The notes below the pieces were generated by a model. The model was given only the letters and a program-made list of their open reading frames with translations. It searched no databases and was not told the DNA's origin. The translations under genes were made by a program, and so were the position numbers. Below are positions 40,028 to 50,013 of a stretch of 64,000 nt of DNA, piece after piece. Source of the stretch: Dehalococcoidia bacterium (GTDB lineage: Bacteria > Chloroflexota > Dehalococcoidia > Bin125). The stretch spans positions 64,001 through 128,000 of the forward strand of contig CAXXNO010000005.1 in assembly GCA_963663235.2 (NCBI GenBank), written 5' to 3'. The number at the start of each line of letters is the position of its first letter. Position 1 is the first letter of the stretch.

Positions 40028-40963
40028 TCAGCCTTGTACTCGAACGTCGGTGCCGAGCGGATAACACAACTGCGGGCCCTCTGGGAACTCCGACCGGTCG
40101 AGCAACCCGGTGTACGGGAGCGCGCTCTCCTCCTCTGCCGTTTCCCAAGCCCGCACGAAACCGTCGCCGGTTCGAATCGCGTTGAAGCGGTCCAGCAATG
40201 GACGCTGTCCGGCCGACGCGAGTTAATCCACCCAGCACGTGTGGTTTCGGTAGAACGCGTATTTCTCGAAGAGGTAGGTCAGTTGTAGGTGGTTGTTCGC
40301 TTCCAACGGACGCAACGGATTCACCGCGATGAGGTCTCCTCGCTGCACGCGGCTTCCGATCTCCAGCCCCTCGATCAGGTCGACGTGCTCATACAGGAAG
40401 CCCCACCCTTCGCCGTCGGGATAGCGGCCGTCGATGAGCAGCGTCACGATGGATCCTGGTCGCTGGTCGACGCTGGCGCTGACCGAAAGAATGATCCCGT
40501 CCGCCACCGCGTAGAGGTCCGCCCCCTCGTCCAGCGGGATGTCGATCCCGGAGTGACCGAACTCGGCTCGGTCCAGGGACCAGCGCACGACGCCGAACGG
40601 GCTGAAGAATCCGCCGTCCGCGTCGACCTCGGTGACGTCGAACGGCAGCGCGAGTTCGGTTGGCGGCGCCTCGCTTGCATTGAGACGATGCTCGTCCCCC
40701 GCCTCACTCTCTGACGGGGTGGCTGCCGCCGCCGCCGCGCCGTCCCTGATGCTCTCGTCCGCTCTGGAATTCGCCTCGTCCACGGCGCCTCCGGCGTCCC
40801 CTGCCGCCATCGCTTTCTCGTCGGTCGCCGGATGCTCCGCTTCGATGTCCGCCGCCGCAAGCGGCGAACGCTCCTCGGATGCGTCGCCGCCACACGCCAA
40901 GATGCCCGCGGCGATGATCGCAGTGAGGGCGGTCGCTGCGCTCCAGCGGAAGAGGCGCGCCAT
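40028..40963 (-). pseudogene. M23 peptidase-like lipoprotein with an apparent premature TAA at 40223-40225
   Basis: ILAC lipobox, HSGID, YEHV, NNHLQL. The same frame continues about 64 codons past the TAA to TGA at 40028, just before the next gene's RBS. Confidence 0.6.
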
Positions 40964-41056
40964 AATCCCGGATCAGTCTCGTCCTACGATGACGTACGGC
41001 GCTGGTTGATCGCCCGTGCTCGCGCGGAGCGGCCGGTTCGCCGGCCCCGGGAGCGT

Positions 41057-41461
41057 CTAGTCGGCCCGCTTGGCCATCAGCGGCTTCTGCGTCTTCGCAT
41101 AGGTCTGCTTCACGATAATCTTGCCCGCTTTGAAGTGGAGGATGTCCAAGCCGCGCCAGCCGCCGGCCCGCCCCGGGCTCTCCAGCGTGCACTCCCAACT
41201 GATCAGCGCCTTGCCTGCCTCGGCATCGACGAATAGATCCTCGGCCTGAAACCGGATCTGCCCGAAGTCGCCCCGGAACTGCGGCTCGAACGCCCGGCGG
41301 ATTGCCGCTTTCCCGACCGAGCGGGTGCCGTCGTATTCGTCGTAGACGGCATCCTCCGCCATGAAGGACAGTACCCCGTCGAGGTCATCCCGATTGAACG
41401 CGTCCGTGAAACGCGCTACAAGATCCGCAAGCGCGGCTCGATCGTTGCTCTGTTGAGCCAT
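41057..41461 (-). CDS. SnoaL_2/NTF2-like protein
   Basis: RFTDAFNRDDLDGVLSFMAEDAVY..GLDILHFKAGKIIVKQTY. Confidence 0.88.
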   Translation of the reverse strand: MAQQSNDRAALADLVARFTDAFNRDDLDGVLSFMAEDAVYDEYDGTRSVGKAAIRRAFEPQFRGDFGQIRFQAEDLFVDAEAGKALISWECTLESPGRAGGWRGLDILHFKAGKIIVKQTYAKTQKPLMAKRAD

Positions 41462-41538
41462 GCGGGTGTCTCCTGTTCGTGGGACCACCCAGATCGTAGC
41501 TAGCGCCGACCGGCCCCAACCTGGACGTGGAGGCTCCC

Positions 41539-41997
41539 ATGAAATGCCCGCGCGATCAAACCGACCTCCTCGTCGAGCACATGCACGGCATCGAGGTGGA
41601 CCACTGCCCTACGTGCAACGGGCGCTGGCTCGATCATCACGAGCTCGATCAGCTGGAGGCGACGCGCGCCTCGGAGGACGTCCGCCGCGCCACCATCGAC
41701 TACGCTCGCCGGGCCTCCGACCTCAAGTGCCCCGTCTGCGCCGAGCAAATGGTCGCCTTCAACTATCGCGCCTACGACTTGGAGCTCGACACCTGCGAGC
41801 AGGAGCACGGCTTCTGGCTGGACGCGGGCGAGGAGGGGCGCGTGCGCGATATCATCGATGACCGGGTGCGCGGGCTGAAGCGGGCGGCATCGGCGGAGGC
41901 CGCCTGGGACGGGTTCCTTGAGGGCCTCCGTGGTGGCGGCAGCGGGGGAGGCGTGTGGGGCTCGGTGCGATCGTTCTTCGGTGGGCGGAAGCGCTGA
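41539..41997 (+). CDS. Tandem zf-TFIIB zinc-ribbon protein
   Basis: CPRD..VDHCPTCNGRWLDHHEL and CPVC..LDTCEQEHGFWLDAGE. Confidence 0.88.
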   Translation: MKCPRDQTDLLVEHMHGIEVDHCPTCNGRWLDHHELDQLEATRASEDVRRATIDYARRASDLKCPVCAEQMVAFNYRAYDLELDTCEQEHGFWLDAGEEGRVRDIIDDRVRGLKRAASAEAAWDGFLEGLRGGGSGGGVWGSVRSFFGGRKR

Positions 41998-42243
41998 GAC
42001 CACTCCTTGCCCGACTTGGTAACCGGTCACATTAGCGGCGCCGCCAAGGTAGCGCTGTTTGACTTCACTTCGACAATCGATCGCCGATTCGGCACTGCTA
42101 GGGCTTCGCCGCCGCCGTGATTCCCGCTCTTGCGCGGCACGCCGGCGGGAGTCGCTAGACTCGGACGGATGTCGCTGCGCCTCAAGACGGCGGCGCTTGT
42201 TGCTGTGCTCCGCCGGACGCCTGGAGGAGGAGAGGGATACACG

Positions 42244-42908
42244 ATGACTGACCTCGTATTCCTGCTTGACGTCGACAACACGCTGCTCGACAACGACCGC
42301 GTCCGGATTGAGCTAGATGCCGCGGTCGCGGACGCTGTCGGTCCGGTGCACCCGTGCGGTTTTGGGAGATCTACGAGGCCGTGCGCGAGGAGCTCGACTT
42401 CGTCAGCTTTCCCGAAACGATGGAGCGCTTCGGCCTCGAATGTTACGAGACGGAATGCTTGGGACGCCTGAGTTCGGTCCTGTACGGCTTCCCCTTCGCC
42501 GAGTCCCTCTACCCCGGTGCGTTGGAAGCAATCGATCATGTGAAGTCGCTGGGGGTTCCCGTGATCCTCTCTGATGGCGACCAGCTCTTTCAGCGCTACA
42601 AGATCCGCGTTGCGGGGATCGAGGCGGCCGTCGACGGACGCGTGTTGGTGTACGTGCACAAGGAGCAAAGCACGGACGACATCCGCAACCGCTACCCGGC
42701 CGAACACTACGTGATGGTCGATGACAAACCGCGCATCCACGCCGGGCTGAAAGCGGCCCTCGGAGACTCGGTGACGACCGTGATGGTCTGCCAAGGGAAG
42801 TACGCGACCGAAGCTGGTCATCACAACTACCCGGAGGCCGACTTGTCCCTCGACTCCATTCGAGACCTGGCGGAACTGACGGCGGGCCAGTTGCGAGGCG
42901 GCGGCTAG
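42244..42908 (+). pseudogene. HAD-family hydrolase split by a single-base frameshift near 42350
   Basis: FLLDVDNTLLDND in frame 1, then LYPGA, ILSDGD and MVDDKPRI in frame 2. May be a sequencing error. Confidence 0.8.
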
Positions 42909-43165
42909 GCCCCGGCTGCGCTGAACCCGCCGGGGCCGGTAGCCCGTGAGGCCCGATCAGGGCCGGTCCGGCGATGACACGGGGATCGGCGCGCTCCGCT
43001 CGCGGGACTTCGACGAAGCCTGACCGCTGCCCCCGCCAAACGGCAGGGCCGCCGCCCCCTCGATCTTCCTGCCCGCAAACCGGCCGCGTGGCAGGCGCGC
43101 GGGCGCCCGGCCTCCGCCACTCTGGAGTCAGAACAGCCCGCCAGGGCTGCGGGAGGATGCCAGCG

Positions 43166-43380
43166 ATGACGATGCCCACCACGACCACCGCCGTTCGGAG
43201 GGTCCGCTTTGACGCCTGCGGCCGCTGTGGCGGCGACGCCTTCTTCGACCGCATGGACGAGGATGGCGCTGCCTCCAGTGCGCTCGGCCGCTGCGGCAAT
43301 CCGCGCAGGCCTTCGGCCCGCTGCGAACCCCCGTACCGGTCCCGGTTCCCATCCCCGTGCAGCCGCCACGGGCCGCCTGA
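43166..43380 (+). pseudogene. Small CxxC...CxxC zinc-ribbon protein, one base missing near 43263
   Basis: ACGRCGGDAFFDRMDED in one frame joins WRCLQCARPL..PVPVPVPIPV..RAA* in the next. GGAGG upstream. Confidence 0.6.
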
Positions 43381-43459
43381 CGGCTCGGCCCGCCACCCCG
43401 CACCAAAAAAGAGATCTGCGGCGCCGCCCCCGCGCCGCCGCTACCAAAGGAGGCCCCCA

Positions 43460-43714
43460 ATGCCAACGAACACCGTCAACAGCCGGCCTGAGCCGATCTG
43501 GGAAGTCATGGGCGATGTCCGGGTTGCCGGCCGCTTCCACGCCGACGTGGCCGACCTCGCCGTCCGGCGCCGTTCCCCGGCCGGCGACCCGCGACCGCGG
43601 CGCGCGAACGTGCGCTTCCAGTTCGCCCTCCCGGAGGGCTTGGCCCGCTTCGTCGAGTTGCTACGCTGCCACGGATGGCAGGTCACCCGCCGCCCGGCCT
43701 CGGCGGACTGCTGA
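43460..43714 (+). CDS. Hypothetical small protein (84 aa)
   Basis: AAGGAGG six nt before ATG. It ends shortly before the thioredoxin RBS. Confidence 0.55.
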   Translation: MPTNTVNSRPEPIWEVMGDVRVAGRFHADVADLAVRRRSPAGDPRPRRANVRFQFALPEGLARFVELLRCHGWQVTRRPASADC

Positions 43715-43764
43715 GGCGGCCACGGCGCCTTCTGGCCGCTCCGCCGCCACCAGGAGGCTTCGAG

Positions 43765-44112
43765 ATGGAATCCGTTCGCGAGGTGACCGACGGCAATTTC
43801 GCCGCCGAGGTGCTCGGCCAGCGGATCCCCGCGCTCGTCCGCTTCTGGACGCCCTGGTGCGGCCCCTGTCGCCTCGGGGCGCCCGTCTTCGACGAGGTGG
43901 CCGCCGAGTACGAAGGTCGCGCGGCCTTCTACAAAATGGACGCGGATCAGAGCCGCGAGACGGTGGTCCGCTACCGTCTTCGCAATCTCCCAACCATCGT
44001 GGTGTTCCAGGACGGGGAGCCCGGCACAAGGATCGTCGGCTTCCGCCCCAAGAGCGCCTTGGTCCGGCAACTCGACGAGATCCTGGAGTCATCCGCCACC
44101 GAGCCCGCATGA
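43765..44112 (+). CDS. trxA: Thioredoxin
   Basis: FWTPWCGPC and LPTIVVFQDGE. RBS AGGAGG. Confidence 0.9.
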   Translation: MESVREVTDGNFAAEVLGQRIPALVRFWTPWCGPCRLGAPVFDEVAAEYEGRAAFYKMDADQSRETVVRYRLRNLPTIVVFQDGEPGTRIVGFRPKSALVRQLDEILESSATEPA

Positions 44113-44212
44113 CTGGGCGGAACGCCGGCCACGCTCCTTGACCCCCTCTCGGCCGACGACTATACCGCTTGCGGGAAGCGGAACCGACGCACGCGATAGA
44201 GGGGGCACTTCG

Positions 44213-46204
44213 ATGACCGATCTCGATGTTCTTTGGCAGCCGCTGCAGGTCGGACCGACGCAGCTCAAGCATCGCATCTTCGTCTCGGCCCACACCCAGA
44301 TGTACAGCCAGAACAATCTGCTCAGCGATCGGCACGTCGCCTACTACGCGGAACGCGCCAAGGGCGGAGCCGCGCTCGTCATTACGGAGCAGCAGGGCGT
44401 GCATTGGACCGCCTTGGGCGGCTACCACGGCATATCCAAGGGCTATGACGAGGAGGTGATCCCGCAGTACAAGAAGCTCGCCGATGCCGTGCACGCGGAG
44501 GGATGCCGCGTCTTTATGCAGGGAGTCGCGCTCGGCGCTCAAGACGACGGGGTGATGTTCATCGAGAACCGGCACGCCGTGCAGGCCCCTTCGGCCATCC
44601 CCTCCGTCACCTACCGCGCCAACCCGCGCGAGATGGCCCACGAGGACATCGCCGATATCTGCCGCGGCTATGGCCAGACGGCGCACAACGTGATGACCGC
44701 CGGCGCGGACGGCTTCGAGGTCCACGGGGCGCACGGCTACCTCCTCTGCCAGTTCCTCTCCCCACTGACAAACCACCGCACGGATAAGTACGGCGGCAGC
44801 ACGGAGAACCGCTGCCGCATGCTGATCGAGGCGGCCGAAGAGGTGCGCCGACGGGTCGGCGATTCCATCACGGTCGGGACCCGGCTCAGCGGCGACGAAT
44901 GGGTCGATGGCGGCATCACCGCCGACGAGGGGGAGCGGATCATCCGCACGCTCAAAGAGACCGGCCTCTTTGACTATTTCAACATGACCGGCGGCAACTA
45001 TCACTCGCTGCACCGCATCATGTCCCCCATGAACGTCGAGCATGGCTTCATGGTGGAGCACGCCCGCCGCGCCAAGCAGGTCGCGGGCGACACGCCCGTC
45101 TTTACCGTGGGGCGCATCGTCACCGTCGATGAGGCGGCCCGCGTCATCGCCGACGGCCACGCCGACATGGTGGCGATGACGCGCGCACACATCGCCGATC
45201 CGGAGCTGGTAAACAAAGCGCGTTCCGGCCGCGTCGACGAGATCCGCAAATGCGTTGGCTCCAACCAGGGGTGCATCAATCGTGCCTTCCAGAACACCGG
45301 CATGTCGTGCACCGTGAACCCCGCTGTGGGTCTGGAAGGCCGCTGGGGCATCGGCACGCTCACGCCCTCCGCAACGCCGAAGCGGGTGGTGGTGATCGGG
45401 GGTGGGCCCGCCGGCATGAAGGTGGCGGAGGTGGCGGGCAGCCGCGGCCATCAGGTGACGCTGTTCGAAAAGTCGGGCCGGCTCGGTGGCCAGATGAACT
45501 ACGCGGCCATGCTACCCACCCGCGCCGAGTGGAGTGGGGTGACCGACTATCTCGCCGGGGCGATGGAGCGCGCCGGCGTCGACGTGCGCCTCAATACGGC
45601 GGTCACGCCCGACCAAGTGGCCGCTGAGAACCCCGATGACGTGGTGGTCGCGACGGGCTCCGACTACGACAAGTCGGGCTACTCGATCTTCCGCGGAGAG
45701 CGTGAGGGGATCCCGGGCTTGCAGCGGGAAAACGTCCTCACCCCCATCGAGGCGCTGGCCGATCCGGATCGCTGTGGGGAACGGGTGCTCATCTTGGATG
45801 AGCAGGGAGATTACCCGCCGCTCGGACTGGCCGAGTTCCTCGCGGACAAAGGGAAACAGGTGGAGATCGTCACGCGGCACATGTTCGTCGGGGATAAGAC
45901 CGCCACCCAGTTGCACCTGCCGTACATCTACCCCAGGCTGGCGCAAAAGGGGATCAAGCTCTCTCCCCAGAAGTTCGTGGAGAGCGTTCGCGAGGGAACG
46001 GCGGCGGTCTACAACATCTGGGATGGCAGCCAGACCGCGGTGGCCGTGGATTCCATCATCCTGAACATGGGACGGACCCCGGACGCACTCTTCGACGCGT
46101 TGAATGACCGCCTGCCGAGCGTCCACCGCATCGGCGACTGCCTGGCCCCCCGCAACGTCGACGAAGCCATCTACGAGGGCGAGGAGCTCGGCCGCGCGCT
46201 CTGA
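44213..46204 (+). CDS. FadH/OYE-family NADH:flavin oxidoreductase with Fe-S and FAD domains
   Basis: YYAERAKGG, EVHGAHGYLLCQFLSP, NHRTDKYGGS, CVGSNQGC..CTVNP, GGGPAG, IGDCLAPR. Confidence 0.92.
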   Translation: MTDLDVLWQPLQVGPTQLKHRIFVSAHTQMYSQNNLLSDRHVAYYAERAKGGAALVITEQQGVHWTALGGYHGISKGYDEEVIPQYKKLADAVHAEGCRVFMQGVALGAQDDGVMFIENRHAVQAPSAIPSVTYRANPREMAHEDIADICRGYGQTAHNVMTAGADGFEVHGAHGYLLCQFLSPLTNHRTDKYGGSTENRCRMLIEAAEEVRRRVGDSITVGTRLSGDEWVDGGITADEGERIIRTLKETGLFDYFNMTGGNYHSLHRIMSPMNVEHGFMVEHARRAKQVAGDTPVFTVGRIVTVDEAARVIADGHADMVAMTRAHIADPELVNKARSGRVDEIRKCVGSNQGCINRAFQNTGMSCTVNPAVGLEGRWGIGTLTPSATPKRVVVIGGGPAGMKVAEVAGSRGHQVTLFEKSGRLGGQMNYAAMLPTRAEWSGVTDYLAGAMERAGVDVRLNTAVTPDQVAAENPDDVVVATGSDYDKSGYSIFRGEREGIPGLQRENVLTPIEALADPDRCGERVLILDEQGDYPPLGLAEFLADKGKQVEIVTRHMFVGDKTATQLHLPYIYPRLAQKGIKLSPQKFVESVREGTAAVYNIWDGSQTAVAVDSIILNMGRTPDALFDALNDRLPSVHRIGDCLAPRNVDEAIYEGEELGRAL

Positions 46205-46293
46205 CCGCCGTCCCGGCCGTGCCGATCGCATCCGGGCCGATAGCCGCTATCATGCCCCCGCACGCTTCGGCCAAGAAAGGATCCGCACACACT

Positions 46294-46779
46294 ATGCCTA
46301 TCGCTGTTGGAGCCAAACTCCCTACGGACGTCAACGGGTTCGTGTTGGAGAAGGGGCTCCCCGCCAAGAAGTCCCTCGGCGATATCGTCTCCGGCAAGAA
46401 GGTGGTCATCTTCGGCATCCCCGGCGCCTTCACCCCCACCTGTAGCAACGAGCACCTGCCCAGCTACACCAAGGAGGTCGGGGCGTTCAAGGCCAAAGGC
46501 GTGGACGATGTGATCTGTCTCGCCACCAACGACGTCTTCGTCCTCGACGCCTGGAACCAAGCCACCGGCAACGCCCAGATCACCATGCTCTCCGACGGCA
46601 ACGGCGACATCACCCGCGCCCTCGACCTCGGCCTGGACGCGGGCGGCTACGGCATGGGCTTCCGCACCACCCGCTTCGCCATGATCGTTGAGAACGGCGT
46701 TGTCAAAGCGATCGACGTAGAAGAGAGCGCGGTCAATTGTGGCGTGAGCGCCGGGCCCAGCATCCTGGCGAAGCTCTAA
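46294..46779 (+). CDS. Peroxiredoxin (Prx5 family)
   Basis: PGAFTPTCSNEHLP, NDVFVLDAW, RFAMIVENG. Confidence 0.93.
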   Translation: MPIAVGAKLPTDVNGFVLEKGLPAKKSLGDIVSGKKVVIFGIPGAFTPTCSNEHLPSYTKEVGAFKAKGVDDVICLATNDVFVLDAWNQATGNAQITMLSDGNGDITRALDLGLDAGGYGMGFRTTRFAMIVENGVVKAIDVEESAVNCGVSAGPSILAKL

Positions 46780-46939
46780 GCAACCCGCCTTGACTGCGCC
46801 GCCGGCTCGCTTCCGCTCACGACGCCATGGGGCCAATCACCGCGGCTGAGCGCCTTGCTCCGCGGACACCCGTGCCGCGCCGGACGTCGTTGATTCGTCG
46901 TGGATTGGCGGCTGCGACTCCGGGCCGGAAAGGGAAACG

Positions 46940-47389
46940 ATGATTAAGGGCATCTTCCACGTCAACGTGAACTGCACGGACTTTGAGCGCTCGCGCGCCT
47001 TCTACGAAATGCTCGGCTTTAAGGTCGTGCTCGATCTGCCGGAGCACGACCTGAGCGACGCCGGAGTGGTCGGGCTGGGTGTTCCCGATGGTGCGACCCG
47101 CACCGCGCTCCTCCGCATCGGCGATGACCCCTGGGGGACCCGCATTGACCTCATCGAATGGAAGAAGCCGAAGACGGAAGGCCAGCCGTACCCCCACCTC
47201 TACCACACCGGCATCGCGCGGATCGCGCTGCGGACGGAGAACCTGGCGCAGGTCTATGAGGACCTGAAGGCCAAGGGCGTGGAGTTCCTCTCCGAGCCCC
47301 AGGGCCTCAACTTGGCCGGCGGCGAGCGCTTCGTCTGCTTCAAGGACCCGGACGGCGCCATCCTGGAGCTGCTCGAGATCCTGCGCTGA
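46940..47389 (+). CDS. VOC/glyoxalase-family protein
   Basis: HVNVNCTDFERSRAFYE..FKDPDGAILELLE. Confidence 0.9.
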   Translation: MIKGIFHVNVNCTDFERSRAFYEMLGFKVVLDLPEHDLSDAGVVGLGVPDGATRTALLRIGDDPWGTRIDLIEWKKPKTEGQPYPHLYHTGIARIALRTENLAQVYEDLKAKGVEFLSEPQGLNLAGGERFVCFKDPDGAILELLEILR

Positions 47390-47437
47390 GCGCTCCCACG
47401 GCGCCCGCCGGCCCCACCGCCGCGGGCGCGTGATCGG

Positions 47438-47470
47438 CGAGAGGCCCCTCGGTTGAGGGGCCTCTCGTTT
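47438..47470. terminator. Hairpin terminator between convergent genes
   Basis: Perfect 13-bp stem CGAGAGGCCCCTC-GGTT-GAGGGGCCTCTCG followed by TTT. Confidence 0.75.
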
Positions 47471-47500
47471 GTCGTCGCTGCCGGCGAAGGCGTTGCGGCG

Positions 47501-49333
47501 TTAGGCCGTAAAGACGATATCCCCGTAGTCGATGAGATTGTCGCCACGGTAGTGAAAGCCGCTGACGTTGTCGCGGAAAATGTACTGCGGGTTCGTCCAG
47601 GCGATGTGCTGGAAAGGGGCGTCTTCCGCGAGTATGCGCTGGGCCGTGTCGTAGAACGCCAGCGCATCGGGGGCCTGGTCATCCCCCACTTCAATCCCGG
47701 ACTGCACGGCCGCCCAGAAGTCATCCCATTGCGCGCGGCCCGTGTCGTAGAAAGCAAAGTTGATCGGCGAGCCGCTCTGGAAGAAGAGCTGGAGGTAGTA
47801 GGGCATGGTCTGCACGAAGGACGCGGAGCGGACCAGCCACGTGGGCTGCCGCGCCTCCGGTGTGCCGCGGTTCTCGTCGGCGGCCGCGGGCGGCAACGCC
47901 ACCAGGTTCAAGCGGATGCCGGCCTTCGCCGCCGACTCGCGCATGAGGACCGCGGCCTCCTCCTGGTCGGGGAGGGCCAGCTCGTACGACATGTCGATGT
48001 CAAAGCCGTCCGGCACTCCGGCCTCCGCCAGCAGCTCCTTGGCCTTGTCGATGTCGGTGACGTATTGGTGAGAGTGCTCCGGCGCGGCGCCGGGGATCGG
48101 CGGCCAGACGTACGAAAATGCACGGATCGCCAGGCCCTCGTAGACCGTGTTGATCATGTCGTCGTACGGGATGACGTAGGCCAGCGCTTGACGGACCCGC
48201 GTATCTCCCCACACTTCTTCGTTCATGTTCGTCACGGACCACAGGTTCAAGTTCGTGTTGGCGGTGGGAACGTAGGTCCCTTCCTCGCCCTCCGTGCCCA
48301 CCTGCTCGCGCGCCAGCATCGCCTTGGCGATGTGCACGTCGCCCCGGCGGACCAGCGCCAGCCGGTTGGCGCTCTCCGGCACCACCCGCCAGATGATCCG
48401 CTCGATCTGCGCGGGGTTGATCCCGTCGCCCCGGGCCCAGCCCTCGTTGCGGAGGAAGACCGCCTGTTCCCCTTGCGTGAAGATCTCGAGCTGGTAGGCC
48501 CCGAAGCCGTGGGAGTGCGTGACCGCCCACTCTGCCGACCACGGGTCGTCCTCCGTGGCGTTCTCCTTCATCAACTTGGAGTCGACGATCGCGCCCACGT
48601 GCTGGGCCATGATCGTCTGCTCGAACGTGGGGTACGGCCGGTTGAGCCGGAACTGCACCGTGAAATCGTCGATCCGCTGGATCTGGTCCGGATCAAAGAG
48701 CTCCGCCGCGAACGCCGCGATGAAGGATCCCAGCCCCCCCGCCGCAATCTTGCGCTCCATGGTGTAGGTCACGTCGTCGGCCGTGAACGGGTTGCCGTTA
48801 TAGCTGACCACGCCTTCGCGCAGCGTGAATTCGTAGGTCGTCCCGTCCTCGCTCTTGCTCCAGTCAACCGCCAGCCGCGGTTCCCAGGGGCCCGTCACAT
48901 CCTCCCCCAAGAACCCGCCTGGCTGCTCCACGATCTTGTTGCGGATCAACGTGGAGTGGAGCATCACGTCGGCCTCTTGGCTCTCGTGGGTATTCGCCAA
49001 CTCCTGGTCCAACGTGGTGAACAGGGCAGCCTGCGCGACGATCAGATCGCGCTCCGCGTCCACCCCCGCCTCTTCGGCCGCCTGCTCGATCTCTTCCGCC
49101 GCTTGCTCGACGGCCGCGACCTGCTCCTCCTCGGTGACCTGTGCCTGCGCCTGATCTTCTTCGATCACCTGCGCAATGGCTTGCGATATCGCTTCGTCGT
49201 CGTCGTCGCCGCAACCGACCAGGGCCAGTCCGGCCGCTCCCAGCCCGGCCACCCCTGAGGCGGCCAGCGCCCGTCGCCGCGACATCCGCTGGCCAAGCAT
49301 TCGCCGGTAGGGGCTCACATACCGCTCTTTCAT
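47501..49333 (-). CDS. ABC substrate-binding protein family 5, Tat lipoprotein (copy A)
   Basis: MSRRRALA..LVGC-GDDDD, PRLAVDWSKSEDGTTYEFTLREGV, FTADDV, RVRQALAY. Confidence 0.92.
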   Translation of the reverse strand: MKERYVSPYRRMLGQRMSRRRALAASGVAGLGAAGLALVGCGDDDDEAISQAIAQVIEEDQAQAQVTEEEQVAAVEQAAEEIEQAAEEAGVDAERDLIVAQAALFTTLDQELANTHESQEADVMLHSTLIRNKIVEQPGGFLGEDVTGPWEPRLAVDWSKSEDGTTYEFTLREGVVSYNGNPFTADDVTYTMERKIAAGGLGSFIAAFAAELFDPDQIQRIDDFTVQFRLNRPYPTFEQTIMAQHVGAIVDSKLMKENATEDDPWSAEWAVTHSHGFGAYQLEIFTQGEQAVFLRNEGWARGDGINPAQIERIIWRVVPESANRLALVRRGDVHIAKAMLAREQVGTEGEEGTYVPTANTNLNLWSVTNMNEEVWGDTRVRQALAYVIPYDDMINTVYEGLAIRAFSYVWPPIPGAAPEHSHQYVTDIDKAKELLAEAGVPDGFDIDMSYELALPDQEEAAVLMRESAAKAGIRLNLVALPPAAADENRGTPEARQPTWLVRSASFVQTMPYYLQLFFQSGSPINFAFYDTGRAQWDDFWAAVQSGIEVGDDQAPDALAFYDTAQRILAEDAPFQHIAWTNPQYIFRDNVSGFHYRGDNLIDYGDIVFTA

Positions 49334-49451
49334 CGCTCGATCCTTCCTCCTGGTTCTGCCGAATCCCGCTTCCGCCACCCGGATGGCGTACCCGCCCCGG
49401 GCATGATCGGCATCATACATGACTTACGAAACGGGTTGCCCACTTCGCAAG

Positions 49452-49511
49452 GAAGAGCAGACGCTACATCTGAAGAGCAGACGCTACATCTGAAGAGCAG
49501 ACGCTACATCT
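49452..49511 (+). repeat. Perfect 20-bp tandem triplication
   Basis: GAAGAGCAGACGCTACATCT x3. The other duplicate has a single unit near 54380. Confidence 0.95.
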
Positions 49512-49789
49512 GCAGAAACCGCTCCTTGGCCCAGCCCTCCTCGTAGCTCGTGAAAAACGCGAGGTGAACGTTGGAGGCGTCGATGACCCAGCTCCCGTCG
49601 ACTTTCTTATAGGTATCGTCGTAGGTCGCGGCCAAGAACGCCGCACGGCCCTTCACCGTCAACGGCACCCACGTGTACCACGAACCCGTCGCATCGATGC
49701 CGTTGTCGTCGACGTCGATGATCTCTCCCAGCATGTAGTGCAACGAGAACGGGTACATCTCGGCGCCGGGGACGAAGAAGGCATGGATC
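49504..49789 (-). pseudogene. 5'-truncated SnoaL_4 gene (copy A)
   Basis: Relative to 54392..54859 it lacks 183 bp including the start codon. Confidence 0.88.
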
Positions 49790-49895
49790 GCTGTTCCTTT
49801 CTCCGGGCGGTTCCAGCGCGTGCGGAAGGCTACCACTCGCCGCATCCCGGGAAAAGGCGACGATGGCGCTCTCGCGAGGTCGCCCGCGTCGCTCC

Positions 49896-49924
49896 TTGAC
49901 CGCCCACAGGTCAGCGCTTATACA
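49896..49924 (+). promoter_or_regulatory. Sigma70-like promoter with overlapping palindrome (copy A)
   Basis: TTGACC-N17-TATACA. TGACC-N7-GGTCA overlaps the -35. Confidence 0.55.
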
Positions 49925-50013
49925 GGCGGAACCTGAGTCTGGGCCGCGCTCTCTGACGCTCGCGCCCTGCACAGCCCCGGCGCGACCCTCTCGGCCGCCC
50001 AGCGGAGGAAAAC

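Noticed and set aside
44213-46204. Mycofactocin system, suggested by the FadH/OYE gene
   Set aside because: No mftA-F genes or precursor peptide are visible in the window.
49452-49511. 20-bp repeats as a mini CRISPR array
   Set aside because: The units abut with no spacers, there are no cas genes, and the unit is the end of the SnoaL gene.
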